From Burkholderiales bacterium (lineage in GTDB: Bacteria; Pseudomonadota; Gammaproteobacteria; Burkholderiales; Burkholderiaceae_C), in contig JAIOOS010000001.1 in NCBI GenBank assembly GCA_021414305.1, forward strand, positions 10,694 through 74,693: DNA of 64,000 nucleotides, given 5' to 3'. The notes under the pieces were generated by a model that saw only the letters and a program-made list of their open reading frames with translations, did not search any database and was not told the origin of the DNA. A program made the translations under genes and the position numbers. Position 1 is the stretch's first letter; each line of letters opens with the position of its first letter. This document shows, piece after piece, positions 47,301 to 63,302 of this stretch.

Positions 47301-48754
47301 TACGGTTCACCCTGATCGGCACCGGCTGAAGACTGTCGAAGGTCGGACGAATCGGAGCCTGCGACCTGAACGATGCGCTCGCGGCCGACGCCGAGCAGCA
47401 GCGCGGCGGCCTCGGCATTGCCGCTGCTTCGCGTCAGCGCGAGCCGGATGAAGTGGTGCTCCGCCAGGACGCCGGTGTCATGGAGCAGGGTGGCCAGGGG
47501 CAGCTCGCCGAGGCGCCCGGCCAGCAGCTCGAGGCCTTCGCGCAGCGACTGCGGCAGCGGCTCGGGCGCAGGGGTCGCGACCCTGGCCCTGTGGATCGTG
47601 AAGCCGATGCACTCCTGGTCGCCCTCGGTGAGGAGGGTGGCCGAAATGTCGATGCTCTCGGCGGCGCCCTGCGCCGGCCGGACCGTCGCCGGGAAGTGCC
47701 GCACGACCCCGTGCCGACGTACCTGCGAGAGCAGCTCCTCCAGCGGCCGCTCGGCGCTGCCCAGCCACTCGACCAGCGGCCGGCTGCGCGCCTGGTCCTC
47801 GTTGCGCAGTTGCAGCAGGGCCAGCAACGCCGGGTTGGCGAACTGGATCCGGCCGCTCGAGTCGGTCACCACGACGGCGTCCTGCCCCGTTTCTGACGAC
47901 CCGGCGGACATCGCGCCGGCAGCGTCGAGCGAAGCGGTGGCGGCTGTCTCCGAGCGGACGCGTACCAGCAGGCGCATCGCGTCGTTGGCGCGAAACGAGG
48001 TCGCGGCGACGCTGGCGGTGACGACGCTGCCGAGCAGCCGGGCGCGGATCTCGCCGCTCTGGCCGCTGCTGCGCGCGGTGGTCAGCAGCTCGTTGACCGC
48101 GCCGCGCGAGGGATGGCCGAAGCCGACGGCCACGTGCTTTCCGACCAGCTGCTCGCCGGCGCTGGCGAAGAGGCGCACCGCCGAAGGGTTGATGTCGAGG
48201 ATCAGGAACGACTCCGGGTCGACGATCAGCACCGCGTCGGTCGCCACTTGGGCCAGCAGGCGATGGCGCGACTCCGCCTGGCGCGCGTTCCAGTAGCCGC
48301 GCTCCATGTCGCGCTGCGTCTCGATGAAGCGTTCCTGGATCGCGGCGATCGCCCGCATGTCGCGGCCGACCGCGAGCACCGGCCCATGTTCGCCGAGGCG
48401 GATCGCCGTGTAGGCGATGGGCACGGTCGCGCCCGACTGCAGGGGATGGTTGACCTCGCGCCGCCGGGCGATGCCCTGGCTGGAAGCCTCCTTGAGCAGC
48501 TTTTCGATCTTGCCGCGGGTGTCGCCGCTGACGGTGTCGACCCAGGGCTGGCCGACCCACGACGAGGCGGCCGGCGCGATCGGATCGGTCTCGCCCTGCT
48601 CGACGTTGCGGATCACGCCGGCATCGTCGATCACCAGGGCGATGTCGCTGGACAGCGCCACGAAGGTCCGGGCCAGCTCGGGCGCCCATGCGGACAGCTT
48701 GCCGAGGTCGAGCGGATCGCTCGCGGAGGGGCTCACGTCCTCAGTCTTTCGCAC
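47300..48754 (-). CDS. ppsR: PpsR2-like PAS-PAS-PAS regulator with a degenerate C-terminal HTH
   Basis: DIALVID..GVI, RRREVNH, AVGRDMRAIA.IQERF...Q..MERGYW Q-linker, PAS repeats; stop overlaps the bphP start (TAGTG). Confidence 0.88.
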   Translation of the reverse strand: MRKTEDVSPSASDPLDLGKLSAWAPELARTFVALSSDIALVIDDAGVIRNVEQGETDPIAPAASSWVGQPWVDTVSGDTRGKIEKLLKEASSQGIARRREVNHPLQSGATVPIAYTAIRLGEHGPVLAVGRDMRAIAAIQERFIETQRDMERGYWNARQAESRHRLLAQVATDAVLIVDPESFLILDINPSAVRLFASAGEQLVGKHVAVGFGHPSRGAVNELLTTARSSGQSGEIRARLLGSVVTASVAATSFRANDAMRLLVRVRSETAATASLDAAGAMSAGSSETGQDAVVVTDSSGRIQFANPALLALLQLRNEDQARSRPLVEWLGSAERPLEELLSQVRRHGVVRHFPATVRPAQGAAESIDISATLLTEGDQECIGFTIHRARVATPAPEPLPQSLREGLELLAGRLGELPLATLLHDTGVLAEHHFIRLALTRSSGNAEAAALLLGVGRERIVQVAGSDSSDLRQSSAGADQGEP

Positions 48755-48847
48755 ACGGGTGCCATGTAAAGCATATCCCTCGCGGCCGCGAGGGAGGGGC
48801 GGCCGGGCGGTCGATTCTAAGTGGCCGCGTCGCGGCCCGGCCGACGA

Positions 48848-49642
48848 CTAGGAAGGGCCGGTGCCCAATCGTTCACCCGCGGCCGGGGCGCGCGAGCGCA
48901 GGCCCCAGTTCCAGATCGCCGTCGAGGGCAGCGGCAGCACCATGAACCAGTGCTCCAGGATCGCCAGCGACAGCAGCGTGGCGGCGAAGGTGAGGGCGGT
49001 GGTTTCGTAGGCGCCGATGCCGCTGGCCAGCGCCGCCTGCCACACCAGCACCGCGAGCCAGGTCGAGGCGGCGACCACCACCGGGAACAGCGAATTCATG
49101 CGGGCGCGGCGGAAGTAGCTCTGCAGGTAGCCCAGGTGCGCGGGCAGGAACTCCTCGCTCAGGTTGCGCACGCCGAGGAAGATGTTGAGCTTGGCGCTCT
49201 GTCGCATCACCCACAGGATGGCGAAGGTCCACAGGCCGGTGCGGTTCGGCTGTCCCCAGGTCGCCGCGATCACGCCGGCGCCCAGCACCAGCAGCGCCAG
49301 CTCGTGGTGCGCCACCGTCTGGAAGGCGAGCGCCGCCCGGTGCCAGCCGCGCGCCCCCGGCGGGCAGGCGATGCGGCGCGGTCCGGTGACCATGCCTAGC
49401 AGGAAGGCGACTTCCTGCCAGGCCCAGATGAGGAGCGCGCAGGCGAACGCGCAGTAGGCGGCGGCCGGCGTCTCGATGGCGCTGCTCGCATGCAGGCCGA
49501 CGAAGCCGAGCATCGCCAGCACGGTGGCGCCGAGCATCGTCCACTTGAACGTGCGGGGCGGCTTGCCGTCGAGATACAGGATCACGCCGGTGCTGAACCA
49601 CCAAAGGAACAGCGTGAACAGCAGCGGTGCCGCGTAGATCAT
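48848..49642 (-). CDS. puhE: Photosynthetic complex assembly protein PuhE
   Basis: LFLWWFSTGVIL, HHELAL, WVMRQSAKLNIFLGVRN, ILEHWFMVLPL. Confidence 0.93.
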   Translation of the reverse strand: MIYAAPLLFTLFLWWFSTGVILYLDGKPPRTFKWTMLGATVLAMLGFVGLHASSAIETPAAAYCAFACALLIWAWQEVAFLLGMVTGPRRIACPPGARGWHRAALAFQTVAHHELALLVLGAGVIAATWGQPNRTGLWTFAILWVMRQSAKLNIFLGVRNLSEEFLPAHLGYLQSYFRRARMNSLFPVVVAASTWLAVLVWQAALASGIGAYETTALTFAATLLSLAILEHWFMVLPLPSTAIWNWGLRSRAPAAGERLGTGPS

Positions 49643-49644
49643 CG

Positions 49645-50706
49645 CTACCAGGCCGGCCGCATCCGCACGGCCTGCGGCAGGTCGTGGCGCCGCACCGGCA
49701 GCAAGTACAGGCGGGCGAAGGTGGCGACACCGGCGACCGCGCCGGCCGCCTGGCGCAGGCGCCCGAGCAGGCCGCCGCGGGCCTTCGCCGCGGCCATCGC
49801 CTGCGAGATCTCGAACAGCCGCTCGAGGCCGCGGCGGAAGGCCGGATGGTCGACGTCGAGCGTCACCGGGAACACCTGCTTCGAGATCTCCGAGGTGATG
49901 CGGAACACCGTGTAGTCGTATTCGTCGGGATCGAGACCCATTGCCATGTGCAGCTTCGGCCGCGTGTGGTCGCGGACGTACATCGTGGCGTAGACCGCGA
50001 GCAGGAAGAAGCGGATCCAGAGCATGTTGCCGCCGCGCAGCAGGTCCGGGTTGGCGCGCATGATCAGGGCGAACGATTCGCCATGCCGGAATTCGTCGTT
50101 GCACCAGCGCTCGAACCAGCGAAAGATCGGATGGAAGCGCTTCTCGGGGTGGCGCTCGAGCTGGCGAAAGATCGTGATGTAGCGCGCGTAGCCGATCTTC
50201 TCGGACAGGTAGGTCGCGTAGAAGATGTACTTGGGCTTGAAGTAGGTGTAGGCCTTGGTGCGCTTGAGGTTGCCGAGGTCGACGCCGAGGTCGAAGTCCT
50301 TCAGCGACTGGTTGATGAAGCCGGCGTGGCGCGACTCGTCGCGCGCCATGTAGCGCATGAGCTGCTTGATGTCGGGGTTGCTGACGTTCTTCTGGATCTC
50401 GTTGTAGAGCACGCAGCCGGAGAATTCGGAGGTGATCGAGCTGATCAGGAAGTCGAGGAACTCCTGGCGGATCTCGTCGGGCAGGGCCTTCACCTCCTCG
50501 GCGAACTCGGGCGTGCGCTGGAAGTGGTCGTGGTTGTTGTCGCCTTCGTACTCCTGCATCATCAGGTTCCACTCGGCCCTCACCGAGGAGACGTCGAGCC
50601 GGTCCATCGCGGCGTAGTCGGTGCTGTAGAACTTGGGGCTCAGCAGCGTGTTCGAGAGCGCCTTCTCGTGAACGTCGTCGCGCGACGCGATGATGCGGGA
50701 GGTCAT
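49645..50706 (-). CDS. acsF: Aerobic Mg-protoporphyrin IX monomethyl ester cyclase
   Basis: [10 protein letters not shown], diiron motifs [30 protein letters not shown]. Confidence 0.97.
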   Translation of the reverse strand: MTSRIIASRDDVHEKALSNTLLSPKFYSTDYAAMDRLDVSSVRAEWNLMMQEYEGDNNHDHFQRTPEFAEEVKALPDEIRQEFLDFLISSITSEFSGCVLYNEIQKNVSNPDIKQLMRYMARDESRHAGFINQSLKDFDLGVDLGNLKRTKAYTYFKPKYIFYATYLSEKIGYARYITIFRQLERHPEKRFHPIFRWFERWCNDEFRHGESFALIMRANPDLLRGGNMLWIRFFLLAVYATMYVRDHTRPKLHMAMGLDPDEYDYTVFRITSEISKQVFPVTLDVDHPAFRRGLERLFEISQAMAAAKARGGLLGRLRQAAGAVAGVATFARLYLLPVRRHDLPQAVRMRPAW

Positions 50707-50707
50707 G

Positions 50708-51175
50708 TCAGTTCCTCGGCTGCAGCGCCGCCTGCTTCTCGGCGGCGCTCAGCATGTGGGCGAACTCGGCGGCGTTGGTCGGGCCGAACGATTCCAGGTC
50801 GACGCGACGGCCGGTCGCGGGGTCGAGCAGGGTGAGGCGCCCATCGGCCCGGGCGACCAGGCGAAAGGGCTGGTCCGCGCCGATGCCCTGGCGCTTGCGC
50901 TCGCGCGCCAGGCCGCGCAGCGTGCCGCGAACGAAGCCGCTTTCGCCCACCACGTTGTCGATCAGCCGGCCGCTCGCCGCGTCGAGCACGGCGATGCTGC
51001 CGTCGGCGCGGTCGACGAAGCGCAGCTCGCTCTCGGCGACGGCGGCGGCGTCGGGCGGCGTGATCGGCATGCCGGAGACGCGCACCGCGGCGACGGCGGC
51101 GATGCTGGCCAGCACCAGCGCGCAGGCGGCGGCGATCGGCCACTGCGGATGACGGGCGGGGGCGCTGTCGTCCAT
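50708..51175 (-). CDS. puhC: Photosynthetic complex assembly protein PuhC
   Basis: [46 protein letters not shown]. Confidence 0.93.
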   Translation of the reverse strand: MDDSAPARHPQWPIAAACALVLASIAAVAAVRVSGMPITPPDAAAVAESELRFVDRADGSIAVLDAASGRLIDNVVGESGFVRGTLRGLARERKRQGIGADQPFRLVARADGRLTLLDPATGRRVDLESFGPTNAAEFAHMLSAAEKQAALQPRN

Positions 51176-51178
51176 GGC

Positions 51179-51877
51179 TCAGCGCGCGGCCGACAGGCCG
51201 TGCGGACGGCGCACCGCGGTGACGGGCAGCGACATCGGCTCGGGTCGCGCCGCAGTCTGCGAACGTGCCGCCGAGACCGCGATTCCCCGGGCCTGGCTCC
51301 AGGCTTGCGAGAGGAGGCGCGCCACGCGGGCGGCATCGTCGATGGAGCGCAGCATCGGCTCGGTCTTGCGCACGCGCCACGGCCGGGCATGCGGCCAGAG
51401 GTGCAGGTAGGCGATCTTGTCGGCGCCGGAGAGCGAGAGGGCGATCTCGCCGGTCGAGCCGCGGTCGGGCCGGAAGGCCGCCGCTTCGATCTGCGCGTAG
51501 GGCAGGTTGTAGGTCACGGTCAGGACGATGCCGACGCGCATGACGACCCGCTTGTCGGTGATCGTGTAGACCGTCGTCCTGCTGGTGAGCCAGGCCAGCA
51601 GCACGACCATGCCGAGCGCGAACAGGGCGGCCGGCAGCAGCCACAGCATCGCGACGACGCCGTCGACGGCGCTGCCGCCCTGGGCCCAGACGGTCGTTGC
51701 CCGGGCGAGCAGGATGATGCCGAAGTAGACCGCCAGGGTGCGCGCGTGAAAGGCCCGCTCGACCAGCGCGGAGAACACCGGCGCGCCCTGCCAGAGCAGT
51801 CGCTCGTCGGCCGGCAGCGGCTCGGGCAGGCCGTGCTCGGCTTCGAACTCGTGCTCTTCAGCGGGGGCGTGGCTCAC
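51179..51877 (-). CDS. puhB: Photosynthetic complex assembly protein PuhB
   Basis: EHEFEAEHGLPEPLP..ERLLWQGAP, YTITDKRVVMRVG, YLHLWPHARPW. Confidence 0.93.
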   Translation of the reverse strand: MSHAPAEEHEFEAEHGLPEPLPADERLLWQGAPVFSALVERAFHARTLAVYFGIILLARATTVWAQGGSAVDGVVAMLWLLPAALFALGMVVLLAWLTSRTTVYTITDKRVVMRVGIVLTVTYNLPYAQIEAAAFRPDRGSTGEIALSLSGADKIAYLHLWPHARPWRVRKTEPMLRSIDDAARVARLLSQAWSQARGIAVSAARSQTAARPEPMSLPVTAVRRPHGLSAAR

Positions 51878-52647
51878 AACAGCGGCTCCGCACGGTCGGC
51901 GGTGGCGTAGAGGGTGCCGGCGCCGTAGTACGCCATCACGCGCTCTTCCTCGAGGAAGGTCACGCTGTCGGCATCGGCCGACTGCGGCACGCCGGCGAAG
52001 TCGCTGCCCTTGATCGAGTCGACCCCGACCTCGCGCTTGCCGATGCGCGAGAAGTTGACCGGAAGCAGCACGGTGCTGCGCCCGGCCACGCCGGCGCCGG
52101 TCTCGACTTCGAGGTAGCGGACGACCACCTCGGACCGATCGACCCAGACGTCGCGGACCACGCCGCCGGCGACGCCGTCGCAGCCGTAGACCGGCAGGCC
52201 GCGCGGATCGACGTCCCTCGGCGAGAGGTCGAAGTCGGCGGCGACGCGCAGCGGCACGATCCGCGCCTGGCCGTCGATCGTCACGTCGGCCACGTCGCGC
52301 CGTTGCGCATACGCGCCCGGGCCGATGCCGGCGCGCATCGCCGCGCCCACCGGCGTGAGCGGGGCGCCCGGAAAGTCGCCGGTCGGCGTGGCGTTGACCG
52401 TGCCGGCCACCTCGGCCGGCCGTGGCACGGTGACCGTCGTTCCGTCTGCCAGCAGGTAGGTCTTCGGCGAAGGCAGGCCGGGGAAGCCGACGATCCGGTT
52501 GCGGCCGGGCACGTTCGACTCGAGCGGATAGCCCTCGCGCTTGTTCTCCTGGTGCAGGTAGTAGATCAGCCCGGCGAAGAAGATCCAGAACGCGTAGAGC
52601 ACGAGCTGGGCGACGTCGATGTACTGCGTGATGGCGCCTGATTGCAT
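51874..52647 (-). CDS. puhA: Reaction centre H subunit
   Basis: GAITQYIDVAQLVLYAFWIFFAGLIYYL..E.KREGYPLE, DPRGLPV.G.DG, EEERVMAYYGAG.LY. Confidence 0.97.
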   Translation of the reverse strand: MQSGAITQYIDVAQLVLYAFWIFFAGLIYYLHQENKREGYPLESNVPGRNRIVGFPGLPSPKTYLLADGTTVTVPRPAEVAGTVNATPTGDFPGAPLTPVGAAMRAGIGPGAYAQRRDVADVTIDGQARIVPLRVAADFDLSPRDVDPRGLPVYGCDGVAGGVVRDVWVDRSEVVVRYLEVETGAGVAGRSTVLLPVNFSRIGKREVGVDSIKGSDFAGVPQSADADSVTFLEEERVMAYYGAGTLYATADRAEPLL

Positions 52648-52693
52648 GGCGGGTCTCCTCTGGCGAACGTGACGATCGGGGAACGGTCTGTGG

Positions 52694-54121
52694 CTACCCG
52701 GGAAATTCGGCGAGGCCGAACTTTCCGGGTTGCGCGGCGGGGCGAACCCCGGTCTGGCGAACGAGCGGGCCGAGCGCGACGAGCGTCGCGAACAGCAGGT
52801 ACATCTCGATGTGATAGACGAAGCTGTAGCCGGTGGCCGGGCTGGTGAGCGCGGGCCCCAGCGCGCCGTGCACGGCGGCGAGCGAGACCGCGTCGCGGAT
52901 CGCGCCGCCCAGGCCGATCGAGAGTCCGGCGCAGGTGGCCTGCACCGCGCCCCAGGCGCCGAGCGCCAGGCCGATCAGGCCGCCGCTTTCGAGGTTCATC
53001 GCCGAGATCAGCGTGCCGACCGAGAACAGGCCGCCGCCGAAGCCGATCAGCATTGCGCCGATCCGGAACAGGCCGGGCGACTGCAGGGGCTCGGCGAAGA
53101 TCACGGCCGAGAAGGCAACGATGCCGGCGAGCGCGCCGAACGCGGCGACGCGGTGCGCGTCGACGCCGCGGCCGAGCCAGCGTGCGGCCAGGGCGAAGGC
53201 GGCGAGCGCGCCGGCGGCCATGGTCGCGGTGAGCGTGGTCGTGGCGCTGACCGAGAGCTTCAGGATCTCGCCGCCGTAAGGCTCGAGGATGATGTCCTGC
53301 ATGTTGAAGGCGGCGGTGCCGAGGCCGACCGCGACCAGGAAGCGCAGCGACCGCCCGTGCGCCGCGAAGCGGGCCCAGGTCTCGCGGAACCGCGGCCGCG
53401 GCGCGCTCCGGTCGACGTGCACCGTCGAGCGCGGCTCCTGCTTCCAGAGGGCGACGATGTTGAGCGCCATCGTCACCATCGCCGCGCCCTGCACCACCTG
53501 GATCAGGCGCAGCGACGAGAAGTCGGCCAGCAGCAGGCCGAAGGCGAGGCCGGAGACGACCATGCCGAGCAGCAGCATCACGTACATCAGGGCGACGACG
53601 CGGGGTCGCGCCTCCTTCGGCGCCAGGTCGGTGGCGAGGGCGAGGCCGGCCGTTTGCGTCGTCTGCAGGCCGGCGCCGACCATCAGGAAGGCGAGGGCGG
53701 CGCCGGCGTCGCCGACCCAGGCCGGGCCGATGCGGTCGCCCGACATCAGGATCAGCGCGAACGGCATGATTGCCAGGCCGCCGAACTGGATCAGCGTTCC
53801 CATCCACAGGTAGGGCACGCGCTTCCAGCCGAGGAACGAGCGGTGCGTGTCGGAGCGAAAGCCGATCAGGGCGCGGAACGGCGCGAACACCAGCGGCAGC
53901 CCGACCATGAGCGAGACCAGCCAGGCGGCCATGCCCATCTCGACGATCATCACGCGGTTGAGCGTGCCGATCAGCAGCACCGTCGCCATGCCGACCGACA
54001 CCTGGAACAGCGAGAGCCGCAGCAGCCGCGGCAGCGGCAGCTCGGTGGTGGCCGCGTCGGCGAACGGCAGGAAGCCGGGCGCCACGTGCGTCCAGACCCG
54101 GGAGACGCGCAGGCGCTTCAT
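52694..54121 (-). CDS. lhaA: LH1 assembly factor LhaA (PucC-family MFS protein)
   Basis: FLPFADAAT.ELPL.RLLRLSLFQVSVGM, GTLNRVMIVE, QDIILEPYGG, GAWGAVQAT. Confidence 0.93.
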   Translation of the reverse strand: MKRLRVSRVWTHVAPGFLPFADAATTELPLPRLLRLSLFQVSVGMATVLLIGTLNRVMIVEMGMAAWLVSLMVGLPLVFAPFRALIGFRSDTHRSFLGWKRVPYLWMGTLIQFGGLAIMPFALILMSGDRIGPAWVGDAGAALAFLMVGAGLQTTQTAGLALATDLAPKEARPRVVALMYVMLLLGMVVSGLAFGLLLADFSSLRLIQVVQGAAMVTMALNIVALWKQEPRSTVHVDRSAPRPRFRETWARFAAHGRSLRFLVAVGLGTAAFNMQDIILEPYGGEILKLSVSATTTLTATMAAGALAAFALAARWLGRGVDAHRVAAFGALAGIVAFSAVIFAEPLQSPGLFRIGAMLIGFGGGLFSVGTLISAMNLESGGLIGLALGAWGAVQATCAGLSIGLGGAIRDAVSLAAVHGALGPALTSPATGYSFVYHIEMYLLFATLVALGPLVRQTGVRPAAQPGKFGLAEFPG

Positions 54122-54816
54122 GCCGTGACGAGCTCCAGCGCCTGCGAGGTGTAGAAGCCGCTCGAGACGCGCTCGGTGCGGCCGCAGCGCCAGGCGGCGA
54201 GCCACGGGTCGGCGGCGATCGCCTGGCGCAGGCGCCCCTCGGCGATCGGCTCGATGAACGGAGCCCGGTCCTGGCGCGGGAACAGGCGGCCGACCGCGAT
54301 CATGGTCGCCAGCAAGGGATTGCTCGGCGCGAAGGTGAAGACGACCGAGCGCCGGGCGCGCGCCGCCAGCGTGCCGAGGGCGCCGACCGTGTCGGCCTGG
54401 GCGTAGTGGATCAGCGAGTCCATGCCGACGATGTGATCGAAGTAGCCGAGCGCCGGATCGAGCATGTCGCCCGAGTGGAAGTCGATCTGCGCCGCGAGCT
54501 CGGCCGGAACGCGTTCCTCGGCGAGCTCGACGAGCGTCGGCGAGAGGTCGATCGCGACGACGCGGGCGCCGCGCCGCGCCGCTTCGACCGCGAGCGCGCC
54601 GGTGCCGCAGCCGGCGTCGAGGATGCGGGCGCCGTGCAGGTCGGCCGGCAGCCAGCCGAGCAGGGTGGCGCGCATCCGGTCGCGGCCGGCGCGCACGGTG
54701 GCGCGGATGCCGCTCACCTTGGCGGTCGAGGTGAGCCGCGCCCAGGCGTCGGCGGCGGTGCGATCGAAGTAGCGTTCGATCGTCGCCCGGCGGGCCAGAT
54801 AGGTCGTCTCGCTCAT
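54118..54816 (-). CDS. bchM: Mg-protoporphyrin IX methyltransferase
   Basis: YFDRTA..AW.RLTS, TVRAGRD.MR, LDAGCGTG, MDSLIHY, SGFYTSQALE. Confidence 0.96.
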   Translation of the reverse strand: MSETTYLARRATIERYFDRTAADAWARLTSTAKVSGIRATVRAGRDRMRATLLGWLPADLHGARILDAGCGTGALAVEAARRGARVVAIDLSPTLVELAEERVPAELAAQIDFHSGDMLDPALGYFDHIVGMDSLIHYAQADTVGALGTLAARARRSVVFTFAPSNPLLATMIAVGRLFPRQDRAPFIEPIAEGRLRQAIAADPWLAAWRCGRTERVSSGFYTSQALELVTA

Positions 54817-54832
54817 GGCGTCGTGCGGCAGC

Positions 54833-59578
<4,746 letters not shown>

Positions 59579-59607
<29 letters not shown>

Positions 59608-61201
59608 AGAGGGTCTCGACCGTGATCGTCGGCATGCCGCGCTCGCTGGCGTAGCGCTCGGTGTTGCGCCGGGCCCGGCCGCGAACGAAGAAGGGAATCT
59701 TGTGCAGCTCGCGCTCGGCGTCGGGCGCCCAGCCGACCGCGATCGCCGAGCCCTCACCCTGGCCCTCTCCCGCCGGGCGGGAGAGGGAGGAATGCACTTC
59801 GGGCTCCCTCTCCCGCTCGCGGGAGAGGGCGGGGGGTGAGGGTGCAGCACTCGTGCCCGAGCCCAGATGCGAAGGCGCCGCATCGGCATGGAACTCGAAG
59901 TCGCCGCGGAACATGCCGATCAGGTGCTCCTCGAGACCCATCATCAGCGGGTGCACGAAGGCGTCGAACAGGCCGTTGGCGCCCTCGAAGCCCATCTGCG
60001 GCGAGTAGCGCGCAGGGAAGTCCTGCACGTGAACCGGGCCGGAGATCACCGCGCAGGGAACGCGCAGCCGCTTGGCGATGTGCCGCTCCATCTGCGAGCC
60101 GAGCACCAGGTCGGGCTGCAGCGCCTCGACCTGCGCTTCGACCTCGAGGTAGTCGTCGCTGATCAGGGGCTCGACGCCGTACTTCTTCGCCGCCTCGCGG
60201 ACCTCGCGTGCGAACTCGCGGGCGTAGGTGCCGATGCCGCAGACCGTGAAGCCGAGCTCCTCGGCGGCGACGCGCGCCGCGGCGACGGCGTGGGTCGCGT
60301 CGCCGAAGACGAAGACGCGCTTGCCTTCCAGGTAGGTCGAGTCGACCGAGCGCGCGTACCAGGTCGCGCGCGCTTCGTTGGCCGCGAGGACGGGCGCGGG
60401 GTCGATGCCGGCCAGCGCCGCGACCTCGGCGATGAACTCGCGCGTCGCGCCGGTGCCGATCGGGATGGTCTTCGTCGCCGGCTGGCCGAAGCTGCGGGTC
60501 AGCCACTGCGCGGCGATCGACGCGACTTCCGGGTAGAGCACGACGTTGAAGTCCGCGTCGCCCAGCCGGGCGATGTCTTCCGGGCCGGCGCCGAGCGGCG
60601 CGACGACGTTGATCGCCACGCCGAGCTGGCCGAGCAGGGCGCTGATCTCCTTCAGGTCGTCGCGGTGGCGAAAGCCGAGCGCGCACGGGCCGAGGATGTT
60701 GCAGCTCGGCTTGACCGCGGGGTCCCTGGCCGGCCGAACCCAGCCCGGCGCAGGCGCCTTCGGACCGGCGAGCGTGCGCACGACCTGATAGAAGGTCTCG
60801 GCGGCGCCCCAGTTCTCCTTGCGCTGATACGAGGGCAGCTCGAGCGCCACGACCGGAATGGGCAGGTCGAGCGCCTTCGCCAGGCCGCCCGGATCGTCCT
60901 GGATCAGCTCGGCGGTGCAGGATGCGCCGACCAGCATCGCCTTCGGCGCGAAGCGCTGGTAGGCGTCGCGGGCCGCGTTCTTGAACAGCTCGGCCGTGTC
61001 GCTGCCGAGGTCGCGCGCCTGGAAGGTGGTGTAGGTGACGGGCGGGCGGCGCGGCAGCCGCTCGATCATCGTGAACAGCAGGTCGGCGTAGGTGTCGCCC
61101 TGCGGCGCGTGCAGCACGTAGTGCACGTCCTTCATCGCCGTGGCGATGCGCATCGCGCCGACGTGCGGCGGGCCTTCGTAGGTCCAGAGCGTGAGTTGCA
61201 T
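59579..61201 (-). CDS. bchB: DPOR subunit B
   Basis: [52 protein letters not shown]-terminal [15 protein letters not shown]. Confidence 0.97.
59751..59842. repeat. 92-bp cruciform palindromic element (copy B) inside the bchB linker
   Basis: CCCTCACCCTGGCCCTCTCCC ... GGGAGAGGGAG ... CTCCCTCTCCC ... GGGAGAGGGCGGGGGGTGAGGG; same architecture as copy A. Confidence 0.85.
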
Positions 61202-61205
61202 CGGC

Positions 61206-63091
<1,886 letters not shown>

Positions 63092-63302
63092 CTACAGTCC
63101 GCGAAAAGCAGAACGAAATGGACGCTTGTCAAAGCGATGGGTGCACCGATTGACGCTGCCGGCACACGGCAGTAGAAGCTTGGATATCGCGACCCGAAGG
63201 GCAGGAACAGCCCGGTCTCGCGATCGGTTCGTCGCCGTCTGCGGCATGGGCGGCGGCGAACCCTCAACGGCTGCACGACGAAGGCATTCGCGAGGAGACG
63301 AC

